The position numbers and the translations under genes are program-made. From Okamejei kenojei (taxonomy: Eukaryota), in NCBI GenBank assembly GCA_035221665.1, contig CM069133.1, forward strand, positions 91,016,001-91,080,000: a stretch of 64,000 bases of DNA, read 5' to 3'. The notes under the pieces are model-generated. The model was not told the DNA's origin, did not search any database, and saw only the letters and a list, made by a program, of their open reading frames with translations. This document shows positions 12,803 to 24,999 of this stretch, in pieces. Position 1 is the first letter of the stretch. Every line of letters begins with the position of its first letter.

Positions 12803-13229
12803 CTTCCTCCACCCTTGTTCCTGGGTCTGGAGTTTCAAATTCCCAATTTGGCACATAGCCATATTCTGGATATTCAAACCCCTCAGGGTCATTTTGGGAA
12901 ATTTCTGGGTACTTTGACCCTTGTCTCATAATATTTTGGAGCACTTTCTCCATATGTTCCATTTTTAGCCATATAGCTTTATTATCCGGAGGACTTTCAT
13001 TATCAGAGTCATCATCAGAAACCACGGGCCTTACGGATTTCTTTTTACTTTTTCTAGGAACATTTTCCTCCGTGGTTTGTATTTCTGGAGAAATTATAGT
13101 CTCACTAACGGGTGAATCAGCGGCCACCGGTATCGGAACCGGATCCGCACTAATCTCTTGTCCCGACTCTTTAGCTTCTCCCCGGGATGATCTTTTTACC
13201 CGCGAAATTTTACTTTGAGACTTCTCCAT
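12803..13229 (-). pseudogene. DIRS gag-like ORF, N-terminal half only
   Basis: Positioned 5' of RT. The PVPIPVAA peptide is shared with copy B at about 54830-54857. The ORF runs directly into RT N-terminal sequence near 12803. Confidence 0.7.
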
Positions 13230-15703
13230 TTTTCATTTTTATTATCTGGCTAAATCAGTACACCAGCGTGACTCTGATTTTGAATTTTTACTTTCACTTT
13301 TGCTGGTTTTACCAGCGTAACGTCTTTTTAAGAACGTCCCCTATTTTCCTTGCACTTACCTGCGGGTCCGTTCCGGCCGCTGCGAGGAGCTGCGCTCTGC
13401 AGCTCTTGCTTCTGCCGTCAGCGTCGACGTAATGCCATTCTAGCGCCAGGCAGGGCTTCTTCACGTAGTCACTCACGTAACTCCGAAGTAAAATTAAGAT
13501 CACAAGACTTGAAAATTGTACAAGCTGCCAGAAATACTTTGAGGGCTGGGTGCGTTTAAAGTGGGGGTAGAAGCATGAAAGCATTTCTGATAACTAGGTC
13601 CTTGAGCAGGGATATCAAACAAGGAGATAGAGAGGCTTCCTTGAAGCAGTCTGGCAACATTTACTGACCACTCCTGTCCTAAAATGGTAAGGAGGGAACG
13701 TCTGTATGTTATTTATTTTATATCAATTCCCAATAGATTGTAATTTGTAGAAACTAGTAGCAACATCACATATTAAAAAAAAACTTTAAATAATTCACAT
13801 CCTTGTGCCAAGAATAGAAATGCATTCCAGTCGCTCCAGTGTTCACTGGTGGCAGCTGGACATGTGCATGCAGGTGGACAAGTTGTACCCCATATCCATG
13901 GAGTCCTGGGCACTACCAATGCTGTGGATGAAGGTAAGCAGGCTTGTTGATGGATAACTGCTCAGATCTGATGGCTTGGCCTGCCCCAGAAGCAGGTCAC
14001 TTCACTTGTGTGAATGTGTTTGCAGACCTGAAGCCTGATGCGCCTCGAGGGCGATGGGTGGCCCATTGTTCACATTTGGTATCCAATTGGCAGGGTATTA
14101 AAACAGGTCTGGTCTACGTATTGATTATTTTTGCCGGGAGTGCTGATTGGAAAGGTGCGTTCTAAAAATCGACATCGACTGCCAGCGCAAAGAGGCTAGA
14201 CGCTGAACCCACAGTGCCCAGCAGAGAGGGGTGTCTGCGTGAAGATGTCTGTGCCCTCCCTGGAGTGACGGACGAGGAATCTCGTAAAGGCACTGGGTTT
14301 GGAGGCTAGAGTATAGATGGGCTGGGAATACTCTAGTCCATTCGAGATTTCATTGAGCTATTTAGTTTTGATTCGAGAGCCCGCGTATTTGAAGGAATAC
14401 ACGCCAAAGCTAGGAGTCCGAGAACGAGTCTAGATTTGCAGAATCACATTTCCAAATACAGAATTTCACCCTTAAGTAATGCCACTATGGTAGAATTTGA
14501 ATTCTGTATAGATAGAACTTCAGAGTTTGTGCATTTTCGGGATAGATTCCGAATAGCAGCATATCAACAGGGAATAGTAACCCTCTGATCGATTGTTGAT
14601 TAGTACCTGATAGTGAAGAGTACCTGAGAGACGGGAACCTGGTTTACTTGGTGAAAAGTACCCGAATGCGAAAGGTATCCCTAATTCTGTAGAACTTAGA
14701 GAGGAGGGATAGAGGTCCTCCTATAGAAGTCCAGTCTTAGCATGAGGATAGTAACAGTCAGGAGGAAAGTAGTCATTTAAGGAATAGTACCCCTCAGCAA
14801 AGAGTACCCTAGGAAGGGGAACATCTTCGGTATCGGAGGGAGAGGTTTACTGATTGATAACAGCGTGACACGGAATTGAGATTGAGTGTTTGTAAACTGT
14901 GCGCTAGCGCGTTAAATCATTATTGTAAATTGTAAATATCTGGCAAGGTCTTTTTGTATCGTTATTGGATCCAAATTGTGTAAATATTTTGTGTATGTAA
15001 AAAGATTTAGAGTGTATTAAGATTTAGAAAGTTAAGATTTAGAGGGTGTTAAGTTTGCGGACCGCTATTTGCATTGCTGTTTGTGTGAGCGCTTAAGGAT
15101 TTTCGGGAGTTAGAAGTAAAAGTGTGTTTGGATTAAATATTTGTAATTGTTTATATTGTAGTATTGCGAGACTCTGATTCGTGGTGGTTTGATCAAGGTT
15201 TGTACTCTTTTGATCACTGTGTCGGGGGAGGAGTCATTCCGCTGACCGATTGCGCCACGAGGAGGATTAATTAGAATGCGTGATTTATAATAAACTAATG
15301 ATTGTTGGTCATGTAGGAGTGTGGTCGTGCCTGATAATAATAAGCAACATAATCTCCTGTTTGTGTACTGCGTTACTTGCGTGTCTGAAGATCATTTTTG
15401 AGTGTTTCGATTGAGGATTAAATGTGCGAGAATGTGTTTGATTCTGCTCAAATGTGTTTGATTGTTCCCTGATCTTTGAATGACCGGGGTTTGAGAACAT
15501 TGCAAGGTTGAAAGGGTGTGGACGTGGGAGATAGGAGAATAATTTGAATAGGAGAGTAGGATTGGTGGAGCAAAGAAGTAAAGAATTGCGAGGCTGCAAA
15601 TGCTTTCAGCCATTAGCCATTGTTCAGGAGTGGGCTTGATAAATTTAGGAATCAAAAGGAAGGAGTGGAGGATTTAGGAATTCTGTTTCAATTGTTTGGA
15701 AGC

Positions 15704-18075
15704 ATGGGGAATAATATAGATCAAGATATGACATAAGAGGAAAAGAGCCCATTGCAACTAATGTGTAGTGAGTTCCCTCACAAGGCAGAGAAATTAAGAA
15801 ATTTATCAGGAGCGTTAAATAAGAAATTAGGAAACGAGCTATGGCCACCGGGGGGAAATTAGGACAGTAAAAGGGATAAAATACATAGAACGGATTATTT
15901 GGCAGCAGAGTAATAACGAAAGTGCAAAATAATTAATAGGGTTATGGGAAAATATTATGAGGAACGGAAGGCGAATTAAGAGGATGGTTAGTTGGGAAAA
16001 AGCGATCGCTAAACTTGGAATAGAACTGAAAGAAGGTGAAGTAGATCGACCTCCAGGCTGTGGGAAGGACAGGACTGGAGATGAAGGGAAACACATGGAA
16101 CAGGGAAAAGGCAGATCTCCTGGAAGGAGATGAATATTTGGAAGAATGGACAAATGTTAACGCTCGTGGAAGTTCACAGCTCCCTCCATGTTCCTCTCGC
16201 GTTTCCCAGGCTTCACTAGCACCTTATATGACTTGTGTTCGTAATAAGTATTTTAGGTTTGCAGAATCTATAACAACACCTGCAGATTCTACATCTGAAC
16301 AGATTATACCAACAGCAGATACTGAGGTGCCAGATTCTTTAACCTTATCCACTCCATTATTGATAGATCATCCAGTGGCTTATGGCACCCGGAGTAGAAC
16401 GACGAGGTTAGCTCCGGTGTGTAAAGAAAAGGAAGGTATGTTAGATATAGTGCAACTGCCAGAGTATTTCTGTGAGCCAGAACCCAGACAGATTACATGA
16501 GTAGTAAGAAAGAGGAACGATTTATTTGGACAGTATCGGGAAACCCCTAGCGAACAGAAAGATTCATCTGATGGTGAGACAGTGATTGAAGATACCAAGA
16601 TAGATTTTGATGTAACCAAAAATTTACAAATTAAACAGATATCCCATAGGCAGTTCCCAGTAAGGGAAGGGTGGGTACAGTAAGTACCAGCGCAGTAAGT
16701 ATGAATAATCCCCGTGCCACAGACGTCCCTACTCCATGGAAGCCCCATGAAATAATGGCAGTACAAAACAGGGTCCCTGATAGGAAGAAGTCACCTGCTG
16801 CTTTTATAGACTATTTAAGAACCACAATGAGTGTATGTCATGCAGATTCCTGGGATTTGTGGGAGACCATACAACAGATAATGAATCTAGCTGAAAATAT
16901 CAAATTTCTAGTAGCCCCAGGACACCCAACTTATGAAGCCTTGGCAAGCCTAGTAGTGGATGACAGTGCAAGAGAAGAGGCTGTTTTAACGGCCCTTGCA
17001 AAAACGTTTCAGAAACCCAGTGATTTAAAACTAATTCTGGAAATAATACCAGATAAGGGTGAAGGAGCAGACGAATTTCTAGACCGTTTTTCAAAATTAT
17101 ATATGGACCAATCAGGTGACATAGACTATCAGAATGGAGCAAGTTCCCCTCAGTATTGTGCTATCTTATTGAATTGTCTTCCCACTAAAGTAGCAGACTT
17201 AATTAAGACTGATAACAGGAACTGGTCTGATAACCGAGCCAGTCAAATAGCCAGAGCTGTGAGGCACAATTGGAAGGAGAGTAGGAACCAGGAAAATTAT
17301 CCTTTAACTAGAAGAGAAAGTGAACGTATAGCCAAGAAATAATTGCCAAGATCTAACTCTGAACCATGGTTTCCCAGAATGCCAGCAAATTACGTATTGG
17401 GAGAAATTAGGGTTCTGGACTGCTCAGATTATTATCACAACTACACTCCCAATTTAGAACCCATTCCAATGGAACCATGGAGTTGAATAAAGCCAAGCAT
17501 ATTGCCTAATAAATGCTACACTTGTGGGGGGAAGGAACATTGGATTTGAGCCTGTCCAACAAGGGAGCGAGTGCGAGAGAGGGGCCAAAGAAGGGATTTC
17601 CAGGATTACAAAGAAATTAGAGATCCTAGAGAATATAGAAACATCTGAGATCCCAGGAATTATGGGAGGTCCTTTAATTCAAGAGACTACTGGGACCCAA
17701 GAGAACAGAGAGAGAGATGGCCCGAATGTCAGGAACCTAGAGGTCACACACCGTTCACTCAAGCTAACCCATTTTCTCAGTCCTGACTTACCAACCCGTC
17801 CAGGAATTGTGACCCCTATTATAGAACCCCCTCAAGTAATTTACCAGAATGAACAAATTGGATGTACTATTGTAGTAAAAACTGAAGATCACGTAAAAGA
17901 AAATTGTAAACAATCTTATGACTGCCCCAGAAAAACCATTAGAGCAAAGAACATTGTAAATCAAGGTGCTTGTTACAATTGTACACAATTAGGTCATTGG
18001 AGCAAGGAGTGCCCAGTAAGAAGACAGAATATAGCAGGGTGGAAGAAAAATCAAGGGGCAATAAAGAAATTATGA
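15704..18075 (+). pseudogene. Retroviral gag pseudogene
   Basis: MGNN start with SPLQLM and WPPGG (matrix-like), capsid-like PWKPHEI..VPDRKK and DKGEGADEFLDRF (MHR-like), CCHC knuckle CYNCTQLGHWSKEC. Multiple stops and frameshifts. Confidence 0.8.
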
Positions 18076-18732
18076 AAAGGAACCCAGTAGCTGGTGTGAG
18101 AAAGAATGTGAACTAAGGAGAACTGAAATGGCACCAGGGAGGGAAGAGACAAACTTACTGTGCAGGAGGTACGGGAGTGAGGAAAGGAGGTATTGTACTA
18201 ACTTGTTACTGTGTTTGTGCCTGCAGGACAGTATAAATGACAACATACTATCTGGGGAGTGAGGTAAAGAATATACACACCCCTTGAGAACGGGCAGAAG
18301 ACAGCACAGGTAATGTAGCTCCCCAGAAACAGGAATCAACAAGCAGGAGGAAATGACACTGTCCTGTCCCTTTAAAACAAATCTGGGAAGGCCAACAGAA
18401 AGAGAAAGCTACTCCTCAGTATCCCTACTCCCTTGAAACTGACATCGGGGAAGAAGAAGAAGATACCCACCCTAGTGCCCAACTTTAATATCATCTAGCT
18501 TTTGATGCCAGTGAAGGAAAGGAAAGAAACATCTATTCTTTCCTAAAGAAACAACACTGACAACCTATGACGACTGTTGGGGCAAACTCTACTTTAAAGA
18601 ACTGAATTTGAAATTGAAATAAACATTGCTCTGTGGTTCGGGGCAAAATACTCACTTTGCGCCTAAATTTAGTTATAAACAAATTGATTTAAAGAGGGCT
18701 TATTGGAAATAGTCTTTAAAAATGTTAGAGAA

Positions 18733-18806
18733 CCGAAATGTTGCCTATCTCCTTCGCTCCTTAGATGCTGCTGCACCCGCTGAGGTTCTCCAGCCTTTTG
18801 TGTACC
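18733..18806 (+). mobile_element. 74-bp Penelope 3'-end insertion inside the ERV
   Basis: Matches the 3' end of 43466-44314. TSD ttagagaa at 18725-18732 and 18807-18814. Confidence 0.85.
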
Positions 18807-20074
18807 TTAGAGAATTGACTGTTGACTTGGCATTCTTCTCTTGTCTCACCCATAGGAGGATAATCGAAGATCGGACGGGACTATTTAGTTACTATCAAGA
18901 AAGCAACAGACCCTAGAGGATATCAGAAATTAAGACATACCCTGGAAGCGTAAGGTGGTAGTATAAAATGATGAGGCAGACTGCAAATTTACAAGTTAAC
19001 CTCGGAAAATCAATACGAACCATCCAGAAAGAGTTACTTAGAGATAAAAATAAACTAGTATTAGAGAGAACCCCAATGGACTGAGAGCCAACATACTAAG
19101 GAAGAAGTACTGGAGGAGAAGTCTATTGAATTAGAAGGGGAAACTTGAATGGGTGTTGAGATATCAGAGTCGATGTATTTGACCTATGGATCTAAATAGT
19201 TTAACCCTTGATAGAAAAGTGGCTTCTATTATCAAGGTGGAAAGAAATTGTCCTTAGATTTGGAATTTTTAATTGGATTTATGATAAAATTACCAGCATA
19301 TGGAAATTGATTGTTTAAATTTGAACAGCTGGGAATTCCACAGGAATTGGAATGGAATTGTGTTATCGGCTACAATGCTGTGGAATGAGAAGGATGAGAT
19401 GGACACTGAAATTTAAAAGAGTAAATTGAAGGCTGAGACTGAATTTGGGTGAATTGAAACATTTTTCATGGTTTGCTTTAAATAAACCATGCCTGTAGGG
19501 AAATCTGGACTGAACCCAACTGAAATTTATAATAGAAACCATCATCAGATATACATATTATAACATTGTGTGAATACGGAGAGAGCTGATTAATCCAGAT
19601 TCTAGGATAGCAAAGTGTATATTATAGAACAGAATGATAATGGAATACAGTGATAGAGCAGAAAAGTGAAATGGAAAAAGGATAGAATTGCAGGATTACA
19701 GTGAATGTATGGGAATGCATTAGAGCATGTTGGTAACTTGCTTTGTCCCAGGTTTTTCAGGAATTATAGGTTATAGATTCAACTATGGAAAGGGATGGAA
19801 GAATAGGCAACAACACGGATGGAGGGAATTCGTGCCCACAAAAACTCGGGAGGTGAAGACTCATCAGACAGAAATTGTGAAGCTATGCCCACGAAAACTC
19901 AGGAAGCTTGACAAGATTTTGGAAAGATACATCATCGTCTGGTGAAGTTGATAGATGGAGAATATAATAGACTATATGTATCTATAATATAATATATGTA
20001 TATCTGGTTATCTGAGTATCTGACTACTTGGTTATCATAAATGATGGTTTATCATATATGATAAAAGGAAGGAA

Positions 20075-20832
20075 TGTTATTTCTGGCCAAATTGGAGTGG
20101 CCAGGGCACTAAAATTGAATAAATGCTTCTGGGCTGCTTGGCCATTTGGTCAATTTAAAAGTGCCTTATGCAGAAATGGAACAAGCTGCAGAATGGTGCC
20201 AATTTGTTAAGAGCCTAGATTAGAGCTGCAGGAAGAGACTGGGACCATCTGCAGATCCTGTCAATTATGTGCAAAGTGGATAGAATGGATTGGATGAATG
20301 CAAACCAAACATACACATTGTAAATAATGTTGCAAAGCTTTACTTTGCTGGATGTTGATTGGATTAAGTATTGAGCCTTGCCTGGTTTTCTTGCATATCA
20401 GGGCACATGTTGCGATGTTCGTTTCCTTTGAGAAACACTGTTTGAATACAATGTGTTCTCCACTGCATTATTGGGTTGGGGAAATGTCTGTCATGTACTT
20501 TGTTAATCAATATCTGTTATTGGACTGTAAAGAGACCATCCCCATGTGGTTCAGCCCCTCGAGGTTCGGGGACCTATAAAATTCCGTACTCCCACGAGGT
20601 CCGATGTCGATCTTCTGGGAGAACGCTTGGGACTGCGTGACCTTCTGGAGTGTCTCTGTTTGAGCGAGGCCAGGAGGGCTTGATCAGGCAGATACGAGGA
20701 TTGAACCCGCGGTGGTTAGGTACAGTAACTCTAATTGTGTTTTGTCAAAATAAAGTTTAGATGTGCAAGTGCCTGACTCAGTGATTTTTGACTGAAACTA
20801 GACTGGGGGAAGCTTTGAACGAGCAATTTACA
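20075..20832 (+). repeat. ERV 3' LTR
   Basis: Begins TGT right after the PPT and ends ACA. TATA box tataaa at 20576-20581 and AATAAA at 20749-20754. Confidence 0.75.
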
Positions 20833-20945
20833 CCTCTATGCCCAGTCCTGCCGCTGGGCCTCGACCTGAAACATTAACTACTCCTTTGCCTTCTCATATA
20901 GTGTCACACCTGCTGAGTTCCTTCAGAAGTTTTTTTTTGCAGCAG
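20833..20945 (+). mobile_element. Old Penelope-type 3' tail, probable ERV target
   Basis: cctcgacctgaaac...cctgctgagttccttcag resembles the other Penelope tails in the window. Confidence 0.5.
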
Positions 20946-23779
20946 TTACCAGTATCTATTGCCAGCTGGTGCAACAGAGTACAATGTCTTTATCTCTTGC
21001 TCTTTGCATTAACCTGATGAATAACCAAGGTAATACCTGGAATCGTCTGTTCTTGTGCCAAAAATTCAAGATCCAATATTTGCAATGTCATCTTCCATGA
21101 GCCATGAAGCAATGGGATGAAAGTGAGGCTTTGTCTCGAAGACATAGTAACATTTCACGAGCATGTTATGCGATTTATCTGCAAGAGATAAAGGAAACCC
21201 AAGATGACAAAAAAACAGTTCTAGTGTAAATGGGAATGTCAAGAGTACCTATTAACCCTTGATCATAAGCTCTAAATGTAACCTCAAGCCTCAATCATTG
21301 ACGTTTGTTTTTAATCAATAATTATAACTCTTTTATGATGCAGTGTGACAGTGATGGACATTCTTTCCTCATTTTGGATTATGAGGTGGAATCTTAACCA
21401 ATGATTTGAGGTTTTTTTTAAAACTCGTCTTATACTTGTGCATTACTGATGGAGTGTTGCACCAATTAAGTTTAGATGGAATGTTAAATGGGAGTCCCGC
21501 TACCTTTCCAGGCAGATGTTAAAAATTCTATGATACTATTTGAAACCAAAGCAAGCTAGTCTAGAGTTCTGGTTAAACCAACCAATGTCAAATAAACTGA
21601 TAATCTAGTCATTTCTATATTGCTGCCCACAAATTGGCTGCTATTACAACAATGACTACACTTTAAAAATAGCTCATTGCCTGTAAAGTATTGTAGGAAG
21701 AACAGAGACCACAAGGGTTCTATAGAACTGCAAGACCAATTGGGACAACATGATTTAACGTGTTGATCAGTGGTATTGTCAATAGCCCCTTGGAGTTGAA
21801 AGAAAAAGTCAGTGAAAGAAACAATGGAGAAAAACATGGAAGAGACCTTTTGTTTTCACAATATGTATTATAGAATAATGAATACTGATTATATGGAAAG
21901 AAAGCAGTCCCCCTTTTACCTCCTGCAACTTTGCATTCTAAAGCACAGATGCTGCTTATGATGCATGTTCAACAAAGAGAGATAAGAGCTTCTGGTTTAC
22001 AGTTAATAATCACCGAGTCAGCTAGTTGTGGATATATTGTGCATTGAGTACACAGGCAATCAAACAAAGCAGCTGCATTCCTGATAAAAAGGAAAGGTGG
22101 CTCAGCTTGGGACCCCCCCTGACCTTGTGTTAAGGACCATTATTATATTTAACCTGCTGTGAGGCAATAATAACATTTAAAATAATGAAGGAAGGGAATA
22201 GGCTGCTTCCCATGGTCAAGGGACAAAGATATGACTAATTTTATATTATAGATGTAAATATAAGAAATTCAGAAGGATGATGAGAAATCCTTTTTTAAAC
22301 ACAGATTTGTGAAACCATGGTATTTACTCCCACTGTTTATGGCTTCACTGGATGTATCACAGCATGTATCAAGAAATTGCAGAGTTGATCGCAGCCCATT
22401 CCATTCTCTCCCCTATCGAATCCATCTCTACTACACACTGCCACAGGAAAACATCCAACATAATCAAGGTCTACTCATAGCCTGTGCAGCATCTCTGGAA
22501 ATTTAAACACCTCAGATGTTAGCATGGATGATTTTGTGGGGTGTAATTTTGCTGACTAGTGCTACATTGATGCCAGATTGGCTGACTATGATTGCAATTA
22601 ATTTCTGCAGATAATTATTACAACTGAGTACCTTAACATTGCATTTCAAAGGTAAAAAAAAATGTTGCTGCATGTTTGAATTCACATATACGCCAAATAA
22701 CATGAAAATGGCATTTCCCCCCAAAATGCAATCCCCCCCAAAGGAACCAGATGGTTATATATTTAGGGAATTCAATGGTGACTTTTATCGATTATATATA
22801 TTTTTTTTATTTCAAGGTTAATTAATAAATTTAAATTTCCCAGCTGTCAAGGTAGAATTTTATTTAATGTTACCAAAAGCCTAGACTCTATTACTGTTCC
22901 ATTAATTTATACCAAGCCTATGTACACAGCAGTATAGGTCGTCCATGCCCAGTACATTCCTTCTGGTTTTCAGTTCATTGATATAACTTTCCTCAGATAC
23001 AGTGTTATTCAGGTTTTGGTGTCACCAGGTAGAGCAACAAGAAGATACTTCCCAAAGAGAATTACATGTGCATATTGGATAGTCTGCTCTTAACAATTTT
23101 ACTAATTAAAAGTGAAAATAAAACATTATTTATCTGCTGCTTATGAATTTCTGTATAATGGAAGAACCTTCCTCAGTCAGAGTTTAGCAGACAGTCAATG
23201 ATGTGTAAAAGTGCAGATGTGGCAAGAGGATCAATGGACAGATACAACTACAAAAACATTAACTTGAGGTAATTAGATCATGACTATACTTTCACTTCAG
23301 CACCACTTTCCTGTACTGACTCATTATTTCTTTATATCCTAAAATCTATTGATCTCTGTCTATCATTCAGCGATCTTCTCTTCACAATCTTCTTGGTTAA
23401 AAATTCTAGAGATATACTAAACTCTTGTGAAATATTTTTTTTCTCCTCTCATTCCTGAATGGCCTATTTCTTTTTGTTTTGAGCTTGTTTTGATCTAAAT
23501 CTAATTTCAACTCCTCTTGTTAACAGTGGCTACATCATGTTTCCTGTTGTGTTTTTCTCGTTTAAAAATGTATGTACTCTGTTAAATTCAGTATTAGTTT
23601 TATTTTAATGTAAGCCATTGCTTGCATATTATACATTTTAATGCCTTCCTAATATACCACAGTCAACTTGCATCTCATGCCTTCATACTTTGTTTTATTC
23701 CATTTTAAGCCTCGCACTAAACAAAATCACTTTCAATTTCAATATAATATTCTATCATGAATGGCAGAATAAGATTAAG

Positions 23780-24960
23780 AAGGGAGATGAGATAATATTT
23801 GTTTCACCCAAAGGTTGGTGCGTCTGGAACTCGCTTCCTGTAAGGTTTGTAGAAGCACAAACCTTAAACACATTTGAAGAGGTGGGAAATTTGAAGCTCC
23901 CAACCTTCCCAAGCTTCCGTTACCCAAGCGGAACATGGGATGCTGTTCTTCCAGTGTGCAGGTGGCACCACACTGGCAATGGAGAAAGCAAGGGACAGAT
24001 GGGTCGGTGTGGGAATTAGAGCAGGAGTTAAATTGATTAGCAACTGGGAGATCTAGCAGGTCTTGATGGAAGTGTGCTAGTGTTCAACGAAATAGTCGCC
24101 TAGTCTACTCTTAGTTTCTTAGGTCTAAAGGAACCATATCGCAAGCACCAAATACAAGAGATGAGATTGGGTGCACGGGCATGTCGGTCTTATCTGGAAT
24201 GGCTGGGATCCCTGGATGGAAGTGAAAGAGGAGCTGGAGTTACATCTCCTGCTGTAACAGGAGAAAGTGACTGGGGTGGGGTGGATAGGATGTGAAGGAT
24301 CTAATGAACCAAAGGGTTAGGGGAGAGTAGTCCAAGTGAATTTATGGTTAGAATGGAAATTATTAATAAAGTTGATGAAATCAACAAGTTGGAGCTGTTC
24401 AACATAACCAACAAAATGAAAGGCATAGCTGGGGGCCAAGCAAATGTCGATGACTACACCATTTACTTGAAGATAGTGAGAAAAGTCAAAAGAAAATTTA
24501 TTGAGGATGGGGACATGTTCCGCGAGGCGGAGGAGAGTGTTGGGAGAGTTGAACTGATAGGGCCTGTTCAAGGTAGAAACAAAGGCACTGAGACCTTTCT
24601 GGTGAGGAATGAAGGTGTATGGAGGGGCTGGATGTCTATGGTAATGATGATCTGATGGGGGCCTAGACATTGAAAGTTGTTGAAATAATGCCGAATGTGT
24701 GAGGTGCAAGATAGAATTGAGGTATTTGGAGAGGAGTTTGGTGGGGCATGAGCAGGCAGAAACGATTGGTCTTCCAGAGCAGTTCTGCTTGTGGATTTTG
24801 GGAAAGGGATAGAAATGGGCAGTGCAGGGCTGGGGAACTTTAAGGCTGAGGAGGGGAATTCACAAGAAGCAATAAGATTGTTGGTGGTTTGGGGATGGTG
24901 GCCTAGTGTTCATCAGCAGGGTTATGGTCAACGGGTAGGCATGAGGGAAGAACCGAATGT
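23780..24960. mobile_element. Degenerate CR1 3' piece (+, to about 23885) followed by Penelope-like fragments (-)
   Basis: gtctggaactcgcttcct is the CR1 WNSLP motif. Minus-strand ORF 24317-24709 reads HYLQVNGV..CLAPSYA..FVGYVEQ (Penelope RT). Confidence 0.6.
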
Positions 24961-24999
24961 TTGTGTCCGGAAATAAAATAGTGCCTTATTGTGAAAATA

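Larger units (their letters stand above)
9561..13494 (-). mobile_element. DIRS1-like tyrosine-recombinase retrotransposon, copy A (internally deleted)
   Basis: Gene order gag, RT/RNaseH/MT, YR. ITRs at about 13432-13467 and 9634-9668. Internal complementary region at 9790-9901. Both ends carry ATT in element orientation. Confidence 0.95.
14200..20832 (+). mobile_element. Degenerate endogenous retrovirus (gamma/epsilon-like): leader, gag, 3' LTR
   Basis: Gag motifs, a PPT (aaaaggaaggaa, 20063-20074) and a TG...CA LTR. No 5' LTR or pol was recognised, so the left boundary is uncertain. Confidence 0.75.

Noticed and set aside
13847-13862. tggtggcagc as the ERV PBS (tRNA-Leu-like)
   Set aside because: The match is only about 10 nt and the preceding DNA does not match the end of the LTR at 20832.
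23296-23312. REST/RE1 site (TTCAGCACC)
   Set aside because: Only the left half-site is present; GGACAG is missing.
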